NCBI GenBank assembly: GCA_009840945.1
Contig: VXMU01000129.1
Coordinates: 1-58,511 of the forward strand
Length of the DNA: 58,511 nt
Reading direction: 5' to 3'
Source: Chloroflexota bacterium
GTDB taxonomy: Bacteria; Chloroflexota; Dehalococcoidia; UBA2979
Below the pieces are notes generated by a model that saw only the letters and a list, made by a program, of their open reading frames with translations, ran no database searches and was not told the origin of the DNA. Within the stretch, counting starts at the first letter, position 1. Every line of letters begins with the position of its first letter. The translations under genes and the position numbers were made by a program. Shown in pieces: positions 21,806-30,176 of this stretch.

Positions 21806-22748
21806 CGACCTTGTTCGCTTCGGCCAGCAGATTCACTTCCTTCCGGAGATCTCCGACCGCGTGGTCGAGAGCCCCGTGGTCGAAACCCGGACCCTGCTGT
21901 GCGGTCGGAAGGGCGTCGCGCGCGCGGGCCACCTTCTGCTGCGCTTGCTTGACGAGCCGCAGCGGCGTGGACTGCCGCTGCTGGTCCTTCCTGTGCTCCT
22001 CGCTGTCCTGCGACGCCTGCGTGATCCGTTCCTTGATCTCCTCGTACAGTTGCGCCTTCGTCAGACCGCCACCGGCCGGCGCGTCCGGATCCGCACCGTA
22101 GAGTTCGGCGACTCTCACAAGGAGGCGCTTGGGATCGATGGTGGTCGCGTCCGTACCACCCAACCCATCGAGGATCGCGAGCCCGTCGTCGATGTCGCCG
22201 TCGCTGGAACCACTGCCATTCGTAGCGCCGCCGCCGACCAGCGGCAGGAGGTGGTCGTCATCATCGAACAGCGGCTCGACGTACTCGGTGAGAAACTCGT
22301 TTGTGTCCCAGCGTCGCAGGTTTCGGTAAGTGACGCCCACCAATACTCCAGCGATACGCCCGTCGCGGACGCGCCGTGCCTGTTCCGGGTCGTTCCGCCG
22401 GATCTTCACCAACACACCTGCATGCGTGACGATTCCGAACTCAAGCTGCCCACTCTCGCGGAGATTGTCGGCGAGTACTCCAAAGCCGGGCGTCTCAGTG
22501 AGGATCTCCCCGATAATCGTCTGTGCGTGCTCCGAGTAGGGAGCATCCCTCAGCACGGCCGCATCGGCGTGAGACTCGATGTGGGCTCGAATCCGATGGC
22601 TCGAGGGATTCAGCAGGACGCTGTCCAAGGACAGTGTGATGGCGGGCAGCGGCTCTGAAGCATTCTGCCAGACTACCGAGTAGGTCTCAGTCGCAGCTTT
22701 CGACTTCGCCGCGATTTCGGCGATCCGCGCTTCCTCGGTCGGCGGCAT
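21798..22748 (-). CDS. ParB/Srx-like N-terminal domain protein, apparently internally deleted
   Basis: LLNPSSHRIRA...LADNLRESGQLEFGIVTHAGVLV follows the ParB-N pattern but the expected (N/D)GxxR motif is absent; overlaps the helicase start. Confidence 0.6.
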   Translation of the reverse strand: MPPTEEARIAEIAAKSKAATETYSVVWQNASEPLPAITLSLDSVLLNPSSHRIRAHIESHADAAVLRDAPYSEHAQTIIGEILTETPGFGVLADNLRESGQLEFGIVTHAGVLVKIRRNDPEQARRVRDGRIAGVLVGVTYRNLRRWDTNEFLTEYVEPLFDDDDHLLPLVGGGATNGSGSSDGDIDDGLAILDGLGGTDATTIDPKRLLVRVAELYGADPDAPAGGGLTKAQLYEEIKERITQASQDSEEHRKDQQRQSTPLRLVKQAQQKVARARDALPTAQQGPGFDHGALDHAVGDLRKEVNLLAEANKVDA

Positions 22749-22784
22749 TGTGCGCTCCTCCGCGGCTCTGTTCTGGGGGTCATC

Positions 22785-23228
22785 TCATGATAGACGGCCC
22801 CTCGCCGTTGGCGAGCTGCCCGATCGCCGACTCTCGAGCGCTTCGAGGAGTCTCTCGGTACCTGTCGCGAGATCGCACTCCCAGATCTCGACCACCCACC
22901 AGCCGTCCTTCGTCAGCGCCTCCGCCGCCGCACGATCGCGGTCTCGGGTTCGCTGGATCTTGGCCCGCCAGTACTCGGCGTTGGTGGCAGGCAGGCGGTC
23001 GCCGCGACGGCAGTCATGGCCGTGCCAGAAGCACCCGTGCACCTGCACCACTGCGCGGTACCTCGAAAGGACGATATCGGGGTGTCCGGGCAGGTCCCTG
23101 CGATGGAGCCGATAACGATAGCCGGCGGCGTGCAGTGCACGCCTGACTAGCAACTCCGGCCCGGTGTCACGTGAACGCACGCGGGCCATGATCCGACTAC
23201 GCGCGGCCGGGTCGACGGTGTCAGCCAC
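22785..23228 (-). CDS. vsr: Very short patch repair endonuclease
   Basis: RSRIMARVRSRDTGPELLVRRALH, LPGHPDIV, VHGCFWHGH, VEIWEC. Confidence 0.96.
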   Translation of the reverse strand: MADTVDPAARSRIMARVRSRDTGPELLVRRALHAAGYRYRLHRRDLPGHPDIVLSRYRAVVQVHGCFWHGHDCRRGDRLPATNAEYWRAKIQRTRDRDRAAAEALTKDGWWVVEIWECDLATGTERLLEALESRRSGSSPTARGRLS

Positions 23229-23348
23229 TCTCCCTCACCTCGAACCGGGAGGCCGCCGTCTCAAAACGATGCTCGCACATCAGCACTCCGGCTTCGCCAT
23301 CACCGGCGCCAGGGTAGCGTTCGGCCGTGTGGCTCATGCCGCGATCGA

Positions 23349-24467
23349 TTAGGCAGGCGACTCGACCATCGGATTCAGGCACTCGCGAATGATCCACTCC
23401 ACGGCTGGGACGCAGACCGCGTCGCCAAACCCCGAGAGGGCCTGATTATCGGAAACGGACTCCGGCACTTGGAAGTCCGCGGCACCCTGCAAGCGAGCAT
23501 ACTCGAGCGGGGTCATCCACCGTACCCTCACGTCGCCGCGATATGCCTCAACGAGCGCCTGCTTGCTGGACCCACCGCCCGAGGTTCTGAGACAGCCAGC
23601 GATCGCGTCCGCCCTTATCTCCCATACGGCGCGCCTGTTCCGCGTCCGGCGGTAGGCGGTGGCCCACGAGGTCGACCGGCCGCCGGCCATTCGCGTCAGG
23701 CGCTCGCGATGCCGTTCCGCCAAGGAGGCCACGAACTTGCGCACCCTCTCGGCACCCCACCACCGCTCGTCGTTCTCCGCAAGGCGTTCGACGACATCCT
23801 TCAGCGATGCTTGCGCGTTCGGCGGCACCGGACAGGACAATGGATCGAGACCCAAGTCAGCGTTTGCTTCGATGAATCGCATCAGCGGCGGCGGTCGAAG
23901 CAGTGATTCGTCCCACCCCGCTCCGTGACCCGCACCGCCGCCGGCTCGACCAACGATGAAGAGGCGTCTACGGCTCTGCGGTACGTGCCACCTTGCGTCG
24001 GTGATGAGCAGGTCGCAGCCGTACCCGAGGTCGCGAAGGCGGGCGAGTGCGGCACGCAAGTCGGCACCTTGCCCCGACGTGAGGAAACTAGGAACGTTCT
24101 CGATGAGAACGAAGCGTGGGCGGCGAGCACCCATCTCCTCCAGGACTCGAGCGAACTCCCAGAACAAGCCCGAGTGCTCTCCACCTAGCCCGCGACGCTT
24201 GCCGGCCAGGGAGAGATCCACGCACGGGAACGAAGCCGTCGCAAGGTCCACATCGGGGATGTCGGCGCCGCTGACCTGCCGCACGTCCCGGAGATCGAAA
24301 TCGGTACCCCGGAAGTTGGCGCAGTACATATCCCGTTTGAACGCCTTGATGTCATTGGCGTAGCGAACGCTCCAGCCAGCGCGTTCGAGCGCCATCCTGA
24401 CGAGTCCGATGCCAGCGAAGAACTCAGCTGCGGTCCCGACGTTGCCACGCCTCAGGCCATCGTGCAT
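23349..24467 (-). CDS. dcm: DNA (cytosine-5)-methyltransferase
   Basis: Motif I FFAGIG, IV SFPC, VI IENV, VIII PQSRRR, IX-X YARLQG...FGDAV. Confidence 0.95.
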   Translation of the reverse strand: MHDGLRRGNVGTAAEFFAGIGLVRMALERAGWSVRYANDIKAFKRDMYCANFRGTDFDLRDVRQVSGADIPDVDLATASFPCVDLSLAGKRRGLGGEHSGLFWEFARVLEEMGARRPRFVLIENVPSFLTSGQGADLRAALARLRDLGYGCDLLITDARWHVPQSRRRLFIVGRAGGGAGHGAGWDESLLRPPPLMRFIEANADLGLDPLSCPVPPNAQASLKDVVERLAENDERWWGAERVRKFVASLAERHRERLTRMAGGRSTSWATAYRRTRNRRAVWEIRADAIAGCLRTSGGGSSKQALVEAYRGDVRVRWMTPLEYARLQGAADFQVPESVSDNQALSGFGDAVCVPAVEWIIRECLNPMVESPA

Positions 24468-24684
24468 AACGTCCGACCTAACTGATCATTTAGGCGCCCG
24501 CTTTACTGGTTTATCTTATCACGTACGTGCCTGCGGTTGCGACTCATGCGGCGGCCAAGCCCCTCCGACAAACGGCGGAACTCTTGGATCCTCTAGGTCC
24601 GAATGCCCGACCGTCGTGAGACGTCTCCTCTCGCAGACGCGGCATGAGTGGTTGGCGCTGTATACACGGCGTACACTCCACCAC

Positions 24685-25254
24685 ATGGGAGTGACACCTC
24701 AGGAAGTACCCGGTGCAGCGCGCCCTCGAGGCGCGTGGTTGCGCCAACTCAGGGTCTCGATGGAGATGACTCAACGCGACCTCGCCGGCGAGCTCGGCGT
24801 TTCCACCAACACTGTCGCTCGATGGGAACGCAACGAGGTCGAGATGCGGCACCCGCAGATGCTGCGCCTCGCGCTCGATGCGGTCCGTCATAAACGGGGG
24901 CAGCGGAAGCTGTCCGCGGATGATCACATCGCGACGCGTTCGCCGACTCACCAGACCGCTGCCCCCGAATCGGGCGCGGGCACCCTCTTCAGGCTCGCCG
25001 AGCGCGGCGCGACGTTCGCAACTCGCGAGAGAGCCGAAGCCCTGGCATCGGGCATTCCGGAGGGGGATGTCACCATCGACTTCAGCGGCGTGAAGGCAGC
25101 AAGCCCTTCGTTCTTGGACGGGTTGATCGGTGTGCTGTCAGAGCGCACCGCCTCGACGGCGCTGACCGGCCTGACGGTCGAGATGGAACAGCTCGCGGGC
25201 CTGATCGTCGCTCGACGTGGCGTCGGTGGCCGATTCAGGCTGCCAGCGGCGTGA
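24685..25254 (+). CDS. XRE HTH fused to a STAS-like (DUF4325-type) domain
   Basis: LRQLRVSMEMTQRDLAGELGVSTNTVARWE plus FATRERA...VTIDFSGVKAASPSFLDGLIG; TACACT lies 7 nt before the ATG; divergent from dcm. Confidence 0.78.
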   Translation: MGVTPQEVPGAARPRGAWLRQLRVSMEMTQRDLAGELGVSTNTVARWERNEVEMRHPQMLRLALDAVRHKRGQRKLSADDHIATRSPTHQTAAPESGAGTLFRLAERGATFATRERAEALASGIPEGDVTIDFSGVKAASPSFLDGLIGVLSERTASTALTGLTVEMEQLAGLIVARRGVGGRFRLPAA

Positions 25255-25804
25255 AGTGTTCTATCGCCGGGCACCTGAATGGAGTCGAGGCAGTCATGAA
25301 GTAAGGACCTAGAAGAGCCAGTCGGGGCGGGCTGCCTCAGCAAAGCTCGCCCGCCCCGACCGGAGACACACCAGGCAGTCACCTGGCACGGATCGCGGAG
25401 GAGCGGCGGGGGCCGCGTCCGCAGCAGACTCGAGAGGCGCTCTCGGTGCCCGCTTTTCCCGTTACGCACAGCATACCGCGTAATCGCGGTGGTCTCGATC
25501 GACGGTGGCCCGAGGTATCGGCTGTCGCGAGTCCCACGGCCTCGACGACCCGCGATGCTGCACCTAGAGGCACCCCCGATCTCGCCGTACAAGACCCGGC
25601 AGGACTTGGCGGCATCCTCAGCCCAACCGCGTCAGGAGGCTCGCGATGACGTAGCACGACGTACGTCTGGCCGGGCGGAGTCACTCGATAAGCAACACCC
25701 GCCCGGCCAGTTAGCACCGAGCCTCAAAGGCCCGGCACAATCGGAACGGCAGGGGGCGTTTAGCCCGCCCCCGAACCAAGCGAACCCCGGAGGTACAAGC
25801 TCCA

Positions 25805-27058
25805 ATGTCCGCGTCTTCCGCATCTCCAGACGACCAGAGGATACTCGACCGCTGCCCGCGCTGTGAGCTGTCAGTCGACAGTTTCTGCGAAGAACACCGC
25901 CCGAAGCGCTCGCCGCAGTTCGCCAACGAGTACATAGAGATCAGACGCGCGCTCTACCACAACCGAGCGAACTCGCGACAGGACAAGAGCGCCATCCTGG
26001 ACGACATTTGCGATGTCACCGGCTACCACCGGGACACCGTGAAACGGAAGCTCACAGCGAAGAAACCGCAGGGAGCCCCGAAGAAGCGAGGGCGGAGGAC
26101 GAAATACACGAAGGAGGACGCCGATGCGCTCCTGTATCTTCGGGAGGCCTCGCGGTTCATCGACGCTCGGGGACTCAAGTCGCGACTTCCCGGCTTGATC
26201 AGGAAGATCGAGAAGGGCGGCCATCGTTACTTCCCCCGAGAGGTCAAGAACCACCTGGCGGAGATCTCTCCCCGAACGATAGACCGACTCGTTACGAAGT
26301 ATGGAGGAGCACGTCCGCACAGCGGTTCCGCTCGGCGCCGGAGAAGTCGACGGGGAACCTACGAGGCCTCGCTGCGAGTGCGCACCTGGGCCGAGTGGCG
26401 CAACGAACCGCCCGGCTCAGTGCTCGCCGACCACGTACACCATACGGGCAACGTGGGCGGCGGCCCGCATTGCTACACCATAGACATCCTCGACGTCGCC
26501 ACGAGTTGGACCTGGCTGCATGCCAGCGAGCGTCTTCAGAAAGACGTTGTCGTGGACATGCTGAGCCGCGCCTATAAGGTGTGGCCCGTGCGGATCCACG
26601 CTCTGCACACGGATCGCGGCACCGAGTTTCTCAACGACGAGGTCGGTGAGTGGGTGGAGCAGCACGGCATCGACCACACCATGGGGCGGATTGCGCGCTC
26701 GAACGACCAGGCCCGCGTCGAGCAGCGAAACTACACTGCCGTACGCTTGGAACTAGCGGACCACCGGTTTGCCGGCGCGACGGCTTGCAAGGCGTTGAAC
26801 GACTTCTACGCCAAGTACTGTCTGTACCTGAACTACTTCAGGCCCGTGAGAAAGCTCTCGTGGCGGGGACCGAACGGCGAGAGGGCACCGACACGCTTCC
26901 AACCGCCAGCCACGCCGTATGAGCTCATGCTCGCCTCCGGCGCGCTCGACCCAGACGCAAAACAGCGCCTGAAGCAGATCTACGAAGATCTCGACCCGGT
27001 CGTGCTCAATGACGAGATCGACAAGGCGCAGAGGAAGGCCATGAGGTACGTAGCGTAG
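25805..27058 (+). CDS. DDE integrase-core (rve) transposase, ISNCY-like
   Basis: GGAGG RBS; KSAILDDICDVTGYHRD HTH, ISPRTIDRL, D(HVHH), HTDRGTEF, NDQARVEQRN, TPYE. Confidence 0.9.
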   Translation: MSASSASPDDQRILDRCPRCELSVDSFCEEHRPKRSPQFANEYIEIRRALYHNRANSRQDKSAILDDICDVTGYHRDTVKRKLTAKKPQGAPKKRGRRTKYTKEDADALLYLREASRFIDARGLKSRLPGLIRKIEKGGHRYFPREVKNHLAEISPRTIDRLVTKYGGARPHSGSARRRRSRRGTYEASLRVRTWAEWRNEPPGSVLADHVHHTGNVGGGPHCYTIDILDVATSWTWLHASERLQKDVVVDMLSRAYKVWPVRIHALHTDRGTEFLNDEVGEWVEQHGIDHTMGRIARSNDQARVEQRNYTAVRLELADHRFAGATACKALNDFYAKYCLYLNYFRPVRKLSWRGPNGERAPTRFQPPATPYELMLASGALDPDAKQRLKQIYEDLDPVVLNDEIDKAQRKAMRYVA

Positions 27059-27067
27059 GGTGGATCG

Positions 27068-27128
27068 AGTGATCCATATGTGACTCCAAGACCAGATCCA
27101 CCAGTGATCGAGTTTTGTGGCTCACATC
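27068..27128 (-). repeat. Right terminal inverted repeat
   Basis: Reverse complement reads GATGTGAGCCACAAAACTCGATCAC-N16-GGAGTCACATATGGATCACT. Confidence 0.8.
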
Positions 27129-27131
27129 AGA

Positions 27132-27200
27132 CCCCCTCACCCTAACCCTCTCCCCCGCAGACGGGGGCGAGGGGATCGGACGGAGAGGGCGAGGGGTGAG
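27132..27200. repeat. REP-like palindrome at the right flank of the island
   Basis: CCCCTCACCCTAACCCTCTCCCCC...GGGGGCGAGGGG plus a partial reverse copy. Confidence 0.78.
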
Positions 27201-27327
27201 AGTCCTCCGGCACCTGGATAGCAGACCCACACCACCCCGGACACACGAAGGCCGCGGACTGCGGTTGCAACCCGCGGCCGGTGCAGCGTCGATGCTGGCC
27301 GCCGCGAGGCGGCCCGCGGGACGACGG

Positions 27328-27654
27328 TTAGGCGAGCGCCTCGTCCAGGCGCTTGGAGAGGTCACCCTTGGGGCGGAAGCCGATGATCTCGCCGACCTTC
27401 TCGCCGTCCTTGAAGACCAGCAGCGTCGGGATCGAGCGGATGCCGTACTGGCCCGCGACCATCGGGTTCTCGTCGGTGTTGAGCTTCACGAACTTGACGC
27501 GGCCGTCGTAGTCCTCGGCGAGCTCCTCGACGATGGGGGCGACCATGCGGCAGGGGCCGCACCAGGGCGCCCAGAAGTCGACCAGGACCGGGGTGTCGTG
27601 ATCCAGTACGTCGCCGGAGAAGGTGGCGTCGGAGGTGTTGGTCGGTGCTGCCAT
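27328..27654 (-). CDS. trxA: Thioredoxin
   Basis: [24 protein letters not shown]; AAAGGA RBS. Confidence 0.97.
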   Translation of the reverse strand: MAAPTNTSDATFSGDVLDHDTPVLVDFWAPWCGPCRMVAPIVEELAEDYDGRVKFVKLNTDENPMVAGQYGIRSIPTLLVFKDGEKVGEIIGFRPKGDLSKRLDEALA

Positions 27655-27871
27655 CAGGATTCCTTTCACACTGGCCGGCCCGGCGATCGACTCACCGCGC
27701 CGCGCGCAACCTAGCAAAGATCGGCGTGTCCCCGCTACCCGCGAGGCGTCTCGCCCCGGAAGCCTCACAGCTACGTGAGCCACCCCGGGGAGCCCGGCCC
27801 GGACACGCCGCCGCTTGCCGCGCCCGGAACACGGCCCGGCTCGCACCCCCCACGACGCGGGGTCCGCGCCA

Positions 27872-27928
27872 TTGACAGGGTGTGTACCGGGCACATACGA
27901 TTCTAGATACCCCACTGGGGTATGTCAA
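27872..27928. promoter_or_regulatory. Overlapping opposed sigma70 promoters with a CsoR-type operator
   Basis: + strand TTGACA(27872)-18-TACGAT; - strand TTGACA(27928)-17-TAGAAT; palindrome ATACCCC-ACT-GGGGTAT at 27907-27923. Confidence 0.8.
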
Positions 27929-27966
27929 CGAGACGGCTCAGCGCGGGACTCGCGGGGACCACGGCC

Positions 27967-28296
27967 ATGAACGACTCGGCACACCCCGACCAGGTCGGCG
28001 CCCGGCTGCGGCGCATCGAGGGCCAGATCCGCGGCATCGCCCGCATGATCGAGAACGACCGCGCCTGCGAGGACATCGTCACGCAGCTCATGGCCGTGCG
28101 CTCCGGGATCGACACCGCCGGCGCGCTGATCCTCGACACGCACCTCGAACGCTGCCTCGCCGAGGACGACAGCCCGGAGCGCATCGCGCAGCTCCGCGAC
28201 GCGATGAAGCTGTGGTGGCGCTTCGCCCCCGGCGCGGCCGGCTTCGCCGGCGGCAGCGACGCCGACGCCGAGCCCGCCGAGCAGCCGGCTCCGTAA
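27967..28296 (+). CDS. csoR: CsoR/RcnR family metal- or sulfur-sensing repressor
   Basis: RLRRIEGQIRGIARMIE, C(EDIVTQL), H-LER-C giving the C-H-C signature. Confidence 0.9.
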   Translation: MNDSAHPDQVGARLRRIEGQIRGIARMIENDRACEDIVTQLMAVRSGIDTAGALILDTHLERCLAEDDSPERIAQLRDAMKLWWRFAPGAAGFAGGSDADAEPAEQPAP

Positions 28297-28336
28297 CCCT
28301 CGACCCCCGCTCGGGGGCCTCGCCCGCTCCCGGAAG

Positions 28337-29341
28337 CTACGAGGCTGCCTGCTCGCCCTCGGCGGCTGCGGCGCGCAGCGCGTCGACGATGCCCGCCGCG
28401 GCGGCGCCGTCGGCGGTGCGGATCGCGTTGGCGATCGCCCGCGCGTCGCTCGAGCCGTGGCCGATGTAGACCGTGCCCTGCAGGCCCAGCAGCGGGGCCG
28501 CGCCGTAGACGCGATAGTCCAGCCGGTCGCGCATCCGCCGCGCCTCGCGGCGTATCAGCAGCCCGCCGATGCGCGCGCGCAGGGACTGCGAGGCCGCCTC
28601 GCGGAGCTCCTCGAAGAGCATCGAGCTCAGGCCCTCTGCGAACTTGAGCACAGTGTTGCCGGTGAAGCCGTCGGTCACGACCACGTCCGCCGGCCGCGAC
28701 GGCAGGTCACGGCCCTCGACGTTGCCGATGAAGTTCAGGCCCGAGGCGGCGAGCAGGGCGTGCGCCTCGACCGTGACCTGCGAGCCCTTGGTCGCCTCGC
28801 CGCCGATGTTGAGCAGCGCCACCTCCGGCTCGGCCAGCCCGCGCGTGGTGCGCATGTAGGAGGCGCCGAGGACCGCCCACTGCAGCAGGTGCGACGGCCG
28901 CGCGTCCGCGTTCGCGCCGCCGTCCAGGAACAACAGGACGCCGCGGGGCATGGGCAGCAGGATGCCGATCGCGGGCCGCTCGACGCCCGGCAGCCTGCCC
29001 AGCCGGACCAGCGAGACGGCCAGCACGGCGCCGGTGTTGCCGGCCGAGATGAAGGCGTCCCCCGCGCCCTCGCGGATCAGCTCGATCCCGACGGCGATCG
29101 AGGTGTCCCGGCGGCGCAGCGTGGCGCGGGCGTCGTGGTCGCCCATCGCCACGACCTCGGGCGCGTGGACCACCTCGATGTTGGGCGTGGGCCCCTCGAC
29201 CCGGTCGAGCTCGGCGCGGATCTGCTCCTCGACGCCCACGAGCACCACCGTGATGCCGTCGCGGGCGGCCTCGACGGCGCCGGCGACCGTGGCCTGCGGG
29301 GCGAGGTCGCCCCCCATCGCATCGAGGACGATGCGCGTCAC
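28337..29341 (-). CDS. plsX: Phosphate acyltransferase PlsX
   Basis: IVLDAMGGDLAP, SAGNTGA, GVERPA, FIGNVEG, VVTDGFTGN, GAAPLLGL, HGSS. Confidence 0.96.
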   Translation of the reverse strand: MTRIVLDAMGGDLAPQATVAGAVEAARDGITVVLVGVEEQIRAELDRVEGPTPNIEVVHAPEVVAMGDHDARATLRRRDTSIAVGIELIREGAGDAFISAGNTGAVLAVSLVRLGRLPGVERPAIGILLPMPRGVLLFLDGGANADARPSHLLQWAVLGASYMRTTRGLAEPEVALLNIGGEATKGSQVTVEAHALLAASGLNFIGNVEGRDLPSRPADVVVTDGFTGNTVLKFAEGLSSMLFEELREAASQSLRARIGGLLIRREARRMRDRLDYRVYGAAPLLGLQGTVYIGHGSSDARAIANAIRTADGAAAAGIVDALRAAAAEGEQAAS

Positions 29342-30129
29342 GCGGCGACGCCGGGCTCTGCGGCGTGTTCGAGCACCGCGATGAGCCGGTCGTCGCCCTC
29401 GCGCGGCGGCGCGCCGTCGTAGTCGCCGTGCCACGCGGCTACGTGCAGGCCGGCGAGCCGGGCGGCGAGCTCGATCTCGCCGGCGGTGATGATGCGCAGC
29501 GTGAACTGCTGCGTGACGCGCTGCAGCGGCCCCTCGGGCGGCTGCACGTCGAAGTGGTACGTGACCTCGCGCAGCGACTCGACCGGCCGCCCCTCGACGG
29601 CCACGAGCTTGGTGACCGTGCCGCCCTGCGAACCCGGCTCGTGCGGCAGCTCCCGCGTCCAGTGCTGGAGGACCGGACGCGGGCCGGGCAGCCAGTCGTC
29701 CGGGTGCGGCGCCTCGACGTCGACGACCGCCTGCCCGCCGGGCGCGAGGTGTCGCGCGACGGTAGCGAGCGCGGCGGCCACCTCGGCCGTCGTCGTCATG
29801 TGCTGCAGGCCGCCGAGCGGGACGAGGACCGCGCCGAAGGGCTCGCCGAGGTCGAGCGTGCGCATATCGCCCTCGACCAGCCGCAGCGGCAGCCCTTCGG
29901 CGCGTTCGCGGGCGGCGGCGAGCATCGCCGGGCTGATGTCGACGCCGGTCACGCGCGAGCCGGCCGCGGCGAGCGGCACGGCGACGCGCCCCGTGCCGCA
30001 ACCCAGCTCGAGCACGTCACGTCCCCCGACGAGCTCCATGTAGAGCCCGAGGTCGTCGTTGAACCCCTCGAGGTCGAGGTCGTAGAAGCGCGCTATGGGC
30101 GCGAAGGGGTCGGTGTGAGCGTCGAGCAT
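29338..30129 (-). CDS. Class I SAM-dependent methyltransferase
   Basis: VLELGCGTGR, GVDISPAML, EGDMR, RHLAPGG. Confidence 0.92.
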   Translation of the reverse strand: MLDAHTDPFAPIARFYDLDLEGFNDDLGLYMELVGGRDVLELGCGTGRVAVPLAAAGSRVTGVDISPAMLAAARERAEGLPLRLVEGDMRTLDLGEPFGAVLVPLGGLQHMTTTAEVAAALATVARHLAPGGQAVVDVEAPHPDDWLPGPRPVLQHWTRELPHEPGSQGGTVTKLVAVEGRPVESLREVTYHFDVQPPEGPLQRVTQQFTLRIITAGEIELAARLAGLHVAAWHGDYDGAPPREGDDRLIAVLEHAAEPGVAA

Positions 30130-30176
30130 CGTCTCGATGCTAGGTTCGCGCTCCGCCGGGGGTCAACGCGGGCGAC

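Larger units (their letters stand above)
11291..27128. mobile_element. ~15.8 kb cargo-carrying DDE transposon / defence island
   Basis: Two-block inverted ends (11291-11350 vs 27068-27128), TGT...ACA termini, transposase at the right end, visibly weaker GC3 bias inside, degenerate direct repeat in the flanks. Confidence 0.8.

Noticed and set aside
11291-27128. Tn7-like or CAST assignment based on TGT...ACA ends
   Set aside because: No TnsA, TnsC AAA+ ATPase, TniQ or Cas gene is visible, and there is no clean 5-bp target duplication.
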